NCBI GenBank assembly: GCA_964019335.1
Contig: OZ025718.1
Coordinates: forward strand, 1-64,000
Origin: Diplonema japonicum
Lineage: Eukaryota; Protista; Euglenozoa: Diplonemea
Direction of reading: 5' to 3'
Length of the DNA: 64,000 nucleotides
Part shown: piece after piece, positions 33,730-45,002 of the stretch
Position numbering within the stretch: the stretch's first letter is position 1
How the letters are laid out: each line of letters opens with the position of its first letter
Translations under genes and position numbers: made by a program
The notes under the pieces: model-generated
Told to the model about the DNA's origin: nothing
Seen by the model: only the letters and a program-made list of their open reading frames with translations
Databases searched by the model: none

Positions 33730-35118
33730 CTATGCGTGTGCCCTGACACCATCCTCAGAGCCATCTCGCTTCTTCAACCAGCACAGGTGGATGATAGAGA
33801 ACTCAGCAGGCACCCCAAGCCTGGGCACCCAGTTGCAGCTCAGCGATCTGAACCCTTGCCCACGGTGTGCCCACAGCCTGTTCACCCCATGACCCCAGTA
33901 ACTGTGATCCGGGTGCCCCGTCGCTGCCCCCACCATCGTCAATTTCAACCCTAGCGACAGGAGCCCCACTTGCCCACCATGTGTGTGCCCCGCGAACGCG
34001 ATCGCGCCCTCAGTCGACGGCAAAAACTGGAAGCTTCCAGGATCATGTATCAAATGTATGTTCACGGCATCTTGCGGCGGAGCGGGAGTGTTCCTCAGAA
34101 CCCCTGCTATCCTGTGAGGCCATCCGTGGCCTGTGATGCTCACCATCTTGCCCGCCACTTCTACTACAGTCGACTCGTCCACAAGGAGCTTGATGCCTAG
34201 TTCATGAAGATCTTCGCGCACTTGGTTCTCCACTCTGTCGCTCTCGGCATCGTGGTTCCCCAGGCTCGCGTAGCAATGTTGGAAGCCCCTCAGCGGGCTA
34301 AGGGCTCTTACAAGACACCCTTCTGTGTGGTCTGACTCCGGCGTGTGGTAGTCCCCCGTGAGCAAGATGAGATCAGGGTTGTAGTCCACCGCCTTTTTGC
34401 ATATGGTAGCGAGCCTCTCCTCCGTCATGTAGGGACCAAGGTGCATGTCAGTGAGCTGGATGATACGCAGGCTCGTTGACGAGGGTGTGTTGTGCGGTAC
34501 TCGTATAGGGGCATCTGTCTTCAGAGGCTCGCAGCCAGGGCCTGCCTGGAGCTTGATCACATCCCAGTTGCGCTTCACAGGCCAGAGAGACTGTATCACA
34601 CCGAGAATGCCCAAACAGTAGGGGAACACGACACACACGGCAATGGCTGCACTCTTAGGGAGCCACGCTGCAGGTAGCAAGGGGGCCCCTGCAATAGCGG
34701 CGAAGCACCCGACAGTAGCAGGGTAGCTGATGAGTACTTTAAAGAGAGATCCATGCATTCTAGGTTTGACAAGGGTCGCCATGTGAGTCCAGAATGCGAG
34801 GAAGCACCACAACGTGAAGCCCAAAGCACCAGGGGAGACGTAGGTCCAGGCAATGGTGAGCTGCGCGGGTGCCACGAGAGAGAAGGCACCCATAGTGATG
34901 AACGCCAAGTTGTCGGGATCCCCTATCCTAAGGTACATGTGATGCAGTGTCGCTGTTGCTAACGCACATGCTCCGGTGAGACACCCGAATACTGGCAACC
35001 AATTCCACAGCCCTGCCCGATATACCACACCCAAGCAGCTGCTCCCTAAAATCAAAACCACGCCCCCTACAGCACCAACTATGTGTATCCCCTTGGGAGA
35101 GCCGACCGACCGCGACAT
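33730..35118 (-). CDS. Transmembrane metallophosphoesterase (TMPPE/YkuE-like)
   Basis: About 6 N-terminal TMs, followed by TDMH, TGD, GNHD, HDP and GHTHGGQ. Confidence 0.92.
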   Translation of the reverse strand: MSRSVGSPKGIHIVGAVGGVVLILGSSCLGVVYRAGLWNWLPVFGCLTGACALATATLHHMYLRIGDPDNLAFITMGAFSLVAPAQLTIAWTYVSPGALGFTLWCFLAFWTHMATLVKPRMHGSLFKVLISYPATVGCFAAIAGAPLLPAAWLPKSAAIAVCVVFPYCLGILGVIQSLWPVKRNWDVIKLQAGPGCEPLKTDAPIRVPHNTPSSTSLRIIQLTDMHLGPYMTEERLATICKKAVDYNPDLILLTGDYHTPESDHTEGCLVRALSPLRGFQHCYASLGNHDAESDRVENQVREDLHELGIKLLVDESTVVEVAGKMVSITGHGWPHRIAGVLRNTPAPPQDAVNIHLIHDPGSFQFLPSTEGAIAFAGHTHGGQVGLLSLGLKLTMVGAATGHPDHSYWGHGVNRLWAHRGQGFRSLSCNWVPRLGVPAEFSIIHLCWLKKRDGSEDGVRAHA

Positions 35119-35217
35119 CTTCTTCTTAGCTTTCGCTCTATACCCCGCCACCTTGCTGTAGGGTTAGGAGGAGAACAAGGGGAGGAAAATAAAGAATACT
35201 ACTATTTAAGTTAACTC

Positions 35218-37799
35218 CTATTGCGTATTTTTTTTGACTATTTGAGTGAAGTACTCACCTTGTTCTTCTGCGGTCCGTGCTGGGCGTTCAAACTCCGAGC
35301 CCTTCAGCTTGACAACAGTGACGTCACCTCTGTTGTCGCCGACGGTGAGGACGGGGGACTCCTGTTGCGCAAACAGGACGCAGTTGAGGGACCTGTCGTC
35401 GAGCTGAACGGAGCCGACAGGCTCAAGAGGCTCTGCGATGTTCCACACGTCAACTCGGCCGGTGGAGGTGACGGTGCCGAAGATGTTTGCGTTGACAGGG
35501 GACCACACCACGTCGTGAATAGCGTCGTGGGTCGAGTCGAAGGTGCACACAGGGTCCGTGCGCTTCTCGTGCCACAACCTTGCTGTCCAGTCTGCGCTGC
35601 AAGACAGGAAGTAGTCACTGCAGAACGGATGCCATCTCACTCTGTACACTGGGTCGCTGTGTCCGCTGTAATCCTGGATGTACTGCTCTTGGTTTGACGT
35701 GTTGCACTTGTGAATAGTCCCGTCTTCTGTCCCGACCACGTACATGATGGGCTCAGTTGGGTTGAAATCTAAGCACATCCCACCAGATTGCCGTGACAGC
35801 AACGCCTCCCCTTTGTTCCCGCCAGTGTTCTGCGAGTGTGAGTCATTCTGCGACCTCTTCAACCTCATCAACGTGCACTGGCACTCAAGACCTTTCTTGA
35901 ACGTCCACTGCTTGATGAGTCCATCTGCTGAAATTGAAACCAGGTCATTGTTGCGCTCCCTACCCTTGTCCACCCACTTTACCTCCCAAATGGTGCCAGT
36001 GTGTTGGCCACCCTGCACTGTCGATTTCAGAGCCGGTGTGTTGCCCTGCTTGCGCACATCATACAAGGCTAGCGTGCCGTCTGTGTTGCCGACAGCCAGA
36101 AGACTCGGGTGATGATGCGAGAAGTCGATCGAAGACACCCCTGCGTTGGGGATGGTATAGACACGCTCAGGGTGCACAGGGTTCTTAACTGACCAGCAGC
36201 ACACCATCCCGTCGTGCGACTTGCCCTTCGCAGCGTCCGTCCCAGGTATGCCATATTCACCATACCCCACTCCCAGCAGGTCAGGGTTCCCCCGATTCCA
36301 TGACTGGCACGACACGTTCTTGTCCTTCGTGAGGTCGCACCCAAAGCTCCATAGCGTGCGTATCTTGGCTTCCGTGCGTATGCCAGGCTCTGTTGGTTCT
36401 ACGTCGCGTTTTTCTTCCCTCTGTTGTTCTCCCCTTTCGGGCCGCTGCGATTCAGTGTTACCGCTCTTCTTGGTATCAAGATCCTCTTGCTCTAATGGTG
36501 CATCAAAGCTGATGTTCCTGTACAACAGCTGCTCTACGTGCCATATGTTGTTGACTACCACACGCTCCACAACTGTCAAGCGCTCGATCACATTCGGTGA
36601 CAGCATCCACTGTTTTCGCCTGTGGTGTTTGTCCCTGCTGTGGTGGTCGTCGTCGTCCAGCTCCTGCATCATCATGCTCGTCTCGTCGTCCATGTCACCT
36701 TCGTCCACTTTGCTTGTGTCGCCACCCTCGGCGCCTTCTGCAGTACCTATACCTATCACGTCCTCAGGACCCTCTTCCTCCTCCAACTGCTTAATAGTGT
36801 CATGGATATCCCATACTGTCACACCGCACCCTGTGAAGCTACTTTCTATGTAACCGACATACTTGCATGTGACACTGGTGGCAGTGCCTTTTGGGTCTCC
36901 TTGTTCTTCGATGGCTCGTTAAAGGTAAGCATACCCCGTTCCGCGTACCTGAAGCTTTCTGAATGCAATCATCATGCATACCTGTCGTTCCCCTTGCTGT
37001 TTGCACAAAAGTTTGAGTATCTGTCGAACCTCTTCCGCAGCTCCTCTGTCTCTTCTTCCACCGCATCGCCACTGATGCAAATCTGCTCGTCGGGTTTCTC
37101 CAAAAGAAAGAAGGTAGGTGTCTCTGTCAGTGTCACGGTACCAGGCGCCTCCCGCCATTCCTTCTTTTCTTGCCAAGTCATTTCACGTTTCTTCGTTGTC
37201 AGGCCGGCCTCTTTTTCCTGCTGCTTCCTGCCTTTCCCGTCTTTCGCGGGTGCATCGCTGAGTTTGGAGAGCATTCCGTCCTCGTTCGCCTCGTCTGCTT
37301 GTTTTTCCTTTTTCTTTTTCTTGTCGTCGTGTATTCTGGAGTCCATGCTCGACGTCTCTGCTGTGTCGTCCAGCCCCAGGCGCTCGATCCCCGTCAGGGA
37401 GTCGTCGTCGTCGGACTCCACAGAAGACTCCATCTTTGAGGACTCAGAACCACTGTCAGAGGATTCCAGCCTGCTGATTGAACATTTGTCGCCCGACCTG
37501 TCCTCAGTGCCGCTGACGGAGGGCGACATCGCCGACGACTCTTCGCGCTTGCCCCTGCGTGCGGCCCGAGTGGGTGGCGCTTGACGCAGCAGGGTGTGTG
37601 GTGTCCTATCGATGTTCTTGTCTTCCGGATCCAGGACACGTACTTGTTGGTCCGCCTTCTCATTCGCCTGCGCCCTTCTGTGCTCCCTTTTTTTCATGTG
37701 GCTGGGTCTGTTCGTTACACTGCTTGTACCCGAAATACTACTCCTGGCGGCCCTATCCATATAGGAAGAGGTCCCCTGGTTCGACGTCCTACGCTCCAT
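35218..37799 (-). CDS. DNAI4: Axonemal dynein intermediate chain, WDR78/DNAI4 (IC138)-like, 3 exons
   Basis: LWSFGCDLTK..VS..WN..NPDLLGVGYG, WSVKNP.HPE, VGTEDG.IHKC and WD repeats. Introns 36949-36981 and 36831-36862. Confidence 0.85.
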
Positions 37800-37861
37800 G
37801 GTCGGCCACCTGTGATATGATGACTTCCAGCAGACGGGAGGAAAATAAGTTTTTGTAACGT

Positions 37862-38545
37862 TCAAATGAGAAACACCCACTTCTTCTTTTTTGCAGAGGG
37901 CCGGGAGACTTGCACGGAGTGGATTCTGGCTACAAACTCGTTCGCCACTCGCAGCGTGTCGTCGACGTTTTTTAGAATCACACGAAAAAAGCGCTCGTTT
38001 TCGACCTGATAAGGGTGAACAACAGAAAGCCTACATACCACCACTTCGTTTCTATCGCGGTAAAGCTGGTCCACTTCTACAGTATTCGCTTTCAAGGCCT
38101 TGAGATCCTCTTTTGCGGTGTTCTTTGCACGGTACTCCTCGTCCTCAGTACCTGTCTCCCTGGCTCCTTTTAGGTCATGGTTTAGCTTTTTTGTGTAATG
38201 CTCTATATCGCTCTGGTGGGTCCGGATGTAGTCATGCAGCATGTGATTGAAGGGCCATTGGTGGGTCTTTTTGAGCTGCTGAACTTCCAGGTTTACATCG
38301 GTCACCTTCTGCACGAACCGTTCGACTCTATGCATGTCTAAGTCTTCGTAAGTGATAGCGGCACCTATCCCCTTGTCTGAGAGGATATCGCGCTGCTTCT
38401 CTTTTATGAAATATAAGTCTGCTTGTATGTCCTTGCACATGCATATCAGCGAGATCAACATGGTGTTCTCATCGTGCAAGTTCTTCGTTGAATCAGCAAT
38501 CGATTTCGTGAGGTCGCCTATCCTCAGCTCCCATCCCCCGAGCAT
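37862..38545 (-). CDS. Hypothetical coiled-coil protein
   Basis: ~227-aa ATG ORF in the cluster. Confidence 0.65.
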   Translation of the reverse strand: MLGGWELRIGDLTKSIADSTKNLHDENTMLISLICMCKDIQADLYFIKEKQRDILSDKGIGAAITYEDLDMHRVERFVQKVTDVNLEVQQLKKTHQWPFNHMLHDYIRTHQSDIEHYTKKLNHDLKGARETGTEDEEYRAKNTAKEDLKALKANTVEVDQLYRDRNEVVVCRLSVVHPYQVENERFFRVILKNVDDTLRVANEFVARIHSVQVSRPSAKKKKWVFLI

Positions 38546-38859
38546 CGTGTATCTGTAATGAAGTTCAGCCCCGCGGAACGCCACACAGCTGCACTCAAAA
38601 AAAAAAAAAGCAACAATTGGGGTTGGGGAACACGGAAAGAAAAAAGAGGAAAGACTATGCAGGAGGGCTGTGCTGCCTCCGACCTGTGATTCACACCCTT
38701 TTAAAGATCAACCACTCCATGGTGCTACATGATATGTTGGCACCATATTTTTAACAATAAACACTCTACAGCAAAGTTAGGACGAGTACCCTATTCTTTT
38801 TGATGCCCACAACACGGATAGCAGTAAGGGTTGACGACGTTTTGGAGGTGGGGCAGTGC

Positions 38860-40478
38860 TCACGCGAGGACCTTGGCCTTTGCCTGTTGTTAATTATATC
38901 TCTGCATCATGGCATACCTTGGCGAACTCCTCGTCGGTGAGGAGCCCAGACATGTGAAGCTCAGCGAGCTTCTGGAGCTCAACGGAGGTGGCGGTGGGGT
39001 TCGGCAGGTCATGGGGGACGGGGCCCGCGAAGGGCATGTCACGGATGAAACGGGTAACCTATGGTGGGTGTCAAGCAGTAAGAACATACCATGTCAAGAG
39101 CCCACAGGGGCTGGTCGGTGGGCACCATGTGGCCTGCGTTACGCACAATGACGTAGTCAAGGTTACCGGTCTTCGTGTGGTACCCAGCAACATTGTTGGT
39201 CCCGTGAAGCTGGCCCATCACACCCACAACAGGGGGCCTGCTGGTCCAGATCTTACGGGGCGCCTTCTCGAACTCGCTGGACCCAGACCATTCAATGCTC
39301 CTCAGGAAAGCAATGGTGAGGGGAGCACCCACGATGACGTCGAACTGACCAGAGTAGACAAGCACCTTCATGTTGTCCAGCAGGGTGGGGAACAGGTCCT
39401 TCACGCTCTGGCACACGTCGTTGACGATGGCTACCTCAACAGGCTCCTGGTAGCTGAGGTACGTCTTGTTGACGTGGAGTGCCCTCTGGATCTCAGGAAG
39501 GTTGAGATACTTCTGGAATGGGGCGGTGTTCCCGAAGGGCTGAGGGTACATAGGGCTCAGTGCGTTGAAGTAGTTGCTGAACCCAGTGACGTTGGCGAGG
39601 TAGGGGGTCACACCCGACAGATCACCATTGATCATCAGGTCGAACTGGTGGAAAGCAGCGGCCCACTGCTGCGTGTCGATGTCGTTCACGATCTTGTCAG
39701 CGTAGCTCTGCATCACCTTCACCTCGTTCCAGTCAACAAGGGAGAAGACCTCAGTCATGGAGGGGTACTGCTGCACCCTGTGTTATGTGGTGTGTATTTC
39801 ATTCACATACATGCTCTTAGGGTCACAGAGACCGTCGCCGATCATGATACCCTTGAGGGGGATGTGGGGCTTGGTGCCCTTCTGGTTCTCCTCGAAGATA
39901 CGGTAGGCAGCGGCAGGGACATACTTGCCTGCGTAGGACTCACCGGTGACGTAGAAGTCGTTCTGCTGCAGGTTGGGGAAGAGCTGGAAGAACTGGTTGG
40001 TGAACCTGAACAGGGTTGTCATGTAGTCTTCCCTCTTGGTGGCGTAGCCGTCAGGGTTGGTGAGCGAGAAGCCCACACCCACTGGGTTGTCCACAAAAAC
40101 CATGCCGTACTCCCTGGCCCAGGTGAGCTCGTAGTTAGGGATAGCCTTAGTACCCGCAAGATTCACAGTGATGGGCCCCATCTCGGAGAAGAGACCGAAG
40201 AGCGAAGAGCCACCAGGACCGCCCTGAAGCCACATAAGAGTAGGCGCCGACTTGTTCCCGTTCAGGGGAGGAAAGTACCAGAAGAAGGTCTGGCCGTTGG
40301 ATGACTCATTCACGGTGACGTACCCAGAGTACGACTCCAGCTCGGGGAGGCCAGGGAGGTTAACCTTAGCCATGCTCTGAGCCTTCTCGATCTCGCCAGA
40401 TGCGATCATCTTGGAGAGGAAAAGGGGCTCCGCCATGGCAGACACCCCAAGCAAAAGCATAGCCAGCATTGTGCGCAT
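38860..40478 (-). CDS. Serine carboxypeptidase S10 (CPVL-like) with C-terminal SHOCT domain, 4 exons
   Basis: Signal peptide, WLQGGPGGSS, GESYAG, GQFD and AGHMVP. Introns 39778-39810, 39059-39089 and 38884-38917. Confidence 0.93.
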
Positions 40479-40845
40479 TTTGATAACACCTGCAATACAA
40501 GATACAAGTGGGAATTCTGAAAGGAAATATAAGAGATAAAAGGAAAACGGAAAAGAAAGCTTTACAGGGAGGGTTATCTCGACATGGACCGTCCGCCCAA
40601 AAGTGTCCAGTGGTCGAGGCAATACCTTATTTTTGAATTCAAGTCAAAAAGTCGTAGGGACACCACCTTTCGCTAAGGGACAGAAAGATACAACATTACA
40701 ATATTGCCTTCTGTCTTTAACTTTGGTGGGTGGGTGCGCACTTCGAGCACCGTTTCTGAACGGACGGGTCCATGTAGAAAGAAAAAGAAATCGAAGATTA
40801 TAACAATATAACAGCCGCTCAAGAACGGCCAAATAAGCTAGGGTG

Positions 40846-41982
40846 TCAGTTCGCAGACTTGGTCACAGCATAATAAAGGTTAGGGTGCTGTGCAAGCGCT
40901 TTGCGTGTGTATTGTATTTGCTCGAGTTTTTCAGCATGCGGCAGGTGGACGATGACAGCCCCCACTGCGGCACACGTATCAGGGTCATGGTGCTGGATTG
41001 CTAAGTCCAGCATTTTTGGAATGGTGTCGAGAAGCCTGTTTCCGTTGATGTTACACAACCTGACTAACAGTGCTTTATAGTATGGTTTGTGTATCATGTC
41101 CAAGGCCATGTTCATACAGCTGTGCAGGATCGTCATGTCTTGCGTGAGCCACCTCGCTGCCCTGTAGAGGAGGTCAGACAGCACACCAGTGTGCATGCAC
41201 ATTTCCTTCAAGTGCGGCACTGTGGTGTACCAATTGCAGATGTCTCGCATGAGATCTAACCCGTGAAGTATCGGTGCCTGTTGCTCGGCGGCAATGGTAG
41301 CGAAGAACAGCCCTGCCTCCAAGGTGTTCACACGCTCAGCACCCTCGGCACAGCACACAATGGGCCACACCTTCTCGATGGCACACCGTGGTGACACTAT
41401 CGCAGTCAGAGTTCCCACCACAGGCCGCAACTTCTCCTGCCTTTCATGCAATGTCATGTCGTTGTCTTTCTTCAGAGTAAGCCGCCGCAGCATGTTTGGA
41501 AGCATCCGCAGCACCATTGAGTGCCATGCAGCATAGACCGCAGGGCCACTGCACATCACTATCCACCAGAAGTCGTTTGCAACGTAAAGGACCTTGCTTG
41601 TGTGTTCTGTGAGGTAGCAGAGTGTCTCCACCAAAGGCATCGTGTACTCGTACCTCATCAAACTTTCGGTATCCAGGTGGAAGAGGACCCTGAGTACAGC
41701 GATGACGACGAGAGCGTGGCTGTGCAGGAGAAGTTCTGAGTGCTTGCTGTCTTCGAACGAGTCGAGGAGGGGCGTCACCAGTGTGTGCAGGTGCACGCGG
41801 ACATAGTCGTCGTTCACACTGAGAAGCGCAACAAGAAACTCGGCACAGCACAGTGACACCTCCTCCACTCCTAGCCCTGCCACAGCCGAGTTCACCAACG
41901 TGCACTTCATCAAAGCACTGCTGCCTGTCTGGCGCACCCATCGAAGGGCAAATGAATACGCGTCACTGCATAGCACACTCAT
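40846..41982 (-). CDS. Hypothetical helical-repeat protein
   Basis: ~378-aa Leu-rich ORF. Confidence 0.7.
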   Translation of the reverse strand: MSVLCSDAYSFALRWVRQTGSSALMKCTLVNSAVAGLGVEEVSLCCAEFLVALLSVNDDYVRVHLHTLVTPLLDSFEDSKHSELLLHSHALVVIAVLRVLFHLDTESLMRYEYTMPLVETLCYLTEHTSKVLYVANDFWWIVMCSGPAVYAAWHSMVLRMLPNMLRRLTLKKDNDMTLHERQEKLRPVVGTLTAIVSPRCAIEKVWPIVCCAEGAERVNTLEAGLFFATIAAEQQAPILHGLDLMRDICNWYTTVPHLKEMCMHTGVLSDLLYRAARWLTQDMTILHSCMNMALDMIHKPYYKALLVRLCNINGNRLLDTIPKMLDLAIQHHDPDTCAAVGAVIVHLPHAEKLEQIQYTRKALAQHPNLYYAVTKSAN

Positions 41983-42637
41983 GCTCAACCTGTGGAATGG
42001 TTATACGTCGTGTGGCACGTGAGCAAACTAATCGTCAGCAACATAATGAAGGAGAAGAAGAAAACAGACGGAGGCCCTAAGGACTCAAATGGGTGATGGA
42101 AAGAATAATGAGCAAAAAAAAAAAAGAGTGCAAACATACATGAAATTAAAAAACAGACGTGCAAGGAGGAAAGGGGGGGGGGGGGGGGGGGGATACCCGT
42201 CAAATGAGTTAAAATAACCTTGAAAAGAAAGAAGGCATCTGTTTACTTGTTACCTTCCCCCCCCCCCCCAACTGCCAGCTAGAACAAGGGGTATTCACAA
42301 TTTAAGCCCCCTTCCAAGTAGTCACAGCAGGCAATCGGTATCAAAGCAATACGCGTTTTTCATTTTTTTTTTCTTTTTTCTTTTTTAAAAAAGAAAAAAG
42401 GAAGAAAAAGCTTTTCAAATTCTTAACGAATATGGAGTACAAAAAAAAAACAGGAGGGAAAAAGAAAAAAAGAAAAAACCAAACTGAACTAAGCAAAACA
42501 ATGAAAATCTATTGTTCAAAATTGATGTTTTTTTTTTTCTTTTTTTTTTTTGTCGCACAAGAGGGAGAGGTTGTAAAATAAAAAGAGAATAATAATATAT
42601 AAAAAAAAAAACATTTCTTTTATCTGGCGATAGGAAG

Positions 42638-43330
42638 CTATAGATTCGAGAACTCGGAGAAGCGGGACTGTGTGTCAAAGTTGAAACCGGACACCTCAGA
42701 GAACACAGTGTCAGTTCTCATAGCAAAGGTGAATGGTGTGCAGGGATCAGGGGATGTGGGGAGGGGGGAAGCCATTTGAGGTGTGCTGTGTGCTTCCTCC
42801 ACGCAGCATACCTTGTTATCCGGCCCGTTGCCTTCGTCAACTTGAGCTCCTCTCTGATTTGCTTCTGCCTCGGCTGGCACGTCATCTGGCTGATCCTTAT
42901 GCACAATCACTTCAACCCCCCCTTGTGTAGGTTCCCCCTCGAACGGGACATCACTGTCTTGCTGTTCGGCGTCTGCGCTTACAGCAGAAACATGCTTATC
43001 AGAAGGGGACACACTGCGAGCACTACACGCACTACCGGCGTCGCATTGCGCAACGTCATGCGACTCAGCCTTACTACTGCTAGGGGGTGGATAGACCGCG
43101 TCGGCTTCAACATTACTGTCATCTCTCCGTGTCTCCAAAGATTCAATCTGTGGTGCTGGTCCGGGTGATCCGGTGAACGAAGGCAAGCTACGCAAAGGAT
43201 TCTGGACCTGTTCCTTGTCATCCGTGTCGGTGGGCACTACCGATTTGCGCCGCCTGCGGTTCACACAATACAGGATGATAGCCGCCACCCCCACCCCCAC
43301 TACACTGCTTATAATGAGGAGAATGGACAT
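42638..43330 (-). CDS. Single-pass membrane protein with disordered acidic tail
   Basis: N-terminal hydrophobic anchor followed by RRRRK. Confidence 0.75.
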   Translation of the reverse strand: MSILLIISSVVGVGVAAIILYCVNRRRRKSVVPTDTDDKEQVQNPLRSLPSFTGSPGPAPQIESLETRRDDSNVEADAVYPPPSSSKAESHDVAQCDAGSACSARSVSPSDKHVSAVSADAEQQDSDVPFEGEPTQGGVEVIVHKDQPDDVPAEAEANQRGAQVDEGNGPDNKVCCVEEAHSTPQMASPLPTSPDPCTPFTFAMRTDTVFSEVSGFNFDTQSRFSEFSNL

Positions 43331-43441
43331 TTGCTTTATCTATTTCTTTTTATCGCGTGTCCATTTCTTAGTACATATCAACCTGTAAATGAGGGGGTGG
43401 AAAAGGTGCCCCAAAGAAGGAAAAGAAAGAAAACCCAATAT

Positions 43442-44887
43442 TCACATTTTCTCTTGGTTCTGCAGGATGCCACGCAGAGCCCGCACCTCGTCGATGGACA
43501 TGGACTCGCGCGTCTCAATGTCGCTGTAGGCTTGCTCTCCGAACAGCTTCTTCAGAACAGCGTGCTCCTTTGCAAAGGTGCTGTTTCGTATAAAGACGCG
43601 CAGGATGTAGACACACTCGCGTTGGAGGTCGATGTCCTTGTGGTCGCCGAACTTGAAGGAGGACAGCACGTTCTGGAAAACGTTTCGCGCGAAAACAGTT
43701 TGGTATACTCTTTGGGTGTTGGGGCTCTCGGGGCACATTGCGATTATCTTACCAATAACACGCGTGGCGCCTGCCTTCACCCTTGCAGGGTTATCCTCCC
43801 CTTCCAACAAGCCGATCATCTTCTCTAGAACAAAACGCAGTAGGTTGTCATTCTGTGCAGCTGCCACCAGCAACTCCGTCCCTTCAAACCGCAGCTTTAC
43901 ATTCTCCTTATCCAGCAATGTGATGAGTGTTCTCAGCAGCTCTGCGACCTCGATATCCGCATCATCCGATGCAGGCTCGTCCGGCGACTCTCTCTCGTGG
44001 TACATGATCATGCCCACTGCATCGCCGTCCTCAGTTTTCTGTTTCAAATGCTGCTTTGAAATCTGTAAAGACCTCAGTGTGGAGGCTGCACACAACGCCG
44101 CCCGCTCACAACCACAGCGCAGCACTCTCAGCAGAGCGGTGTCCACCAGGGATCGCTTCCTTGGGTTTCCATGGCCAAGCGCCATGAACAGAGAACTGAA
44201 GAGCTCCAATGTGTATGGCTCTTCCTCCTGCAGCAGGGCTTCGATTAGCATGTCCACACCACTGAAGGGGACTGCGCCGGTCAAAATGTTCGTTGCTTTG
44301 GTCACATCCCGTGTCAGTGCGTCTGCCTTCGCGTCGTTGCCTTCGTCACGCAGCTCTGCCGTCTTTGCCGCTAGCTTGCGCTGTATGATGACACGTATCT
44401 CTTCGGTGTTCCTGCGCAGCTGCGGATTGTCCCTAGGCAGGCCGACCACATTCTCCGCCCACCGCACCCTGTCCTCGGGGTACCCTACCTCATCGCAGAT
44501 CATCTCTCGGTACACTCTTCCGCTGTTCGCAATGTGGATCAAAATGAGCAGCGTGTTCTGCTTGTCTTCAGCAGCCTTGGTCCTGTGGCACACAACATCC
44601 AGCAGCGTCTGCACACCACCAACCTCCATGAAGTTCGTCAGGAACCTCTGACCCTGCAAGAACAGAGATATCGCACTCAGCTGCACAGCCAGCTCATAGC
44701 CTAACATGTAAGTAAGACGCAGCCAGGCGGTTATCCTTGTGAAAAACAGCATTGAAGCGGCACCCAGGTCTTTCTCTATGTCAGCACCTGTTGAGTTTCT
44801 GTGCGTATTGATGAACCTCGTGAGGATCGCCACGCGCTGCTGCCTGTTGCCCTTGTCCCATCTGCGGAGCAGGTCATTTGAGGTCAT
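43442..44887 (-). CDS. ARMH1: Armadillo-like helical domain protein 1
   Basis: WDKG..R..IL..FI, LFFTRITAWLRLTY, FMEVGGVQTLL and IANSGRVYREMIC match recalled ARMH1/C1orf228. Confidence 0.85.
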   Translation of the reverse strand: MTSNDLLRRWDKGNRQQRVAILTRFINTHRNSTGADIEKDLGAASMLFFTRITAWLRLTYMLGYELAVQLSAISLFLQGQRFLTNFMEVGGVQTLLDVVCHRTKAAEDKQNTLLILIHIANSGRVYREMICDEVGYPEDRVRWAENVVGLPRDNPQLRRNTEEIRVIIQRKLAAKTAELRDEGNDAKADALTRDVTKATNILTGAVPFSGVDMLIEALLQEEEPYTLELFSSLFMALGHGNPRKRSLVDTALLRVLRCGCERAALCAASTLRSLQISKQHLKQKTEDGDAVGMIMYHERESPDEPASDDADIEVAELLRTLITLLDKENVKLRFEGTELLVAAAQNDNLLRFVLEKMIGLLEGEDNPARVKAGATRVIGKIIAMCPESPNTQRVYQTVFARNVFQNVLSSFKFGDHKDIDLQRECVYILRVFIRNSTFAKEHAVLKKLFGEQAYSDIETRESMSIDEVRALRGILQNQEKM

Positions 44888-45002
44888 ATCTGTGTGAGGA
44901 AAAGGCCGCATGGGCGCGAACAACATCAAAACAACAACAACAACTTATTGACTAAACGTATATTTCTAACAAGGCAAAAATGTGCCAATACCTTCTGACG
45001 CT

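Noticed and set aside
38988-40304. Long + strand ORFs (also 36622..37584, 43632..44651, 60885..61943)
   Set aside because: Antisense to clear genes; explained by codon bias; no motifs.
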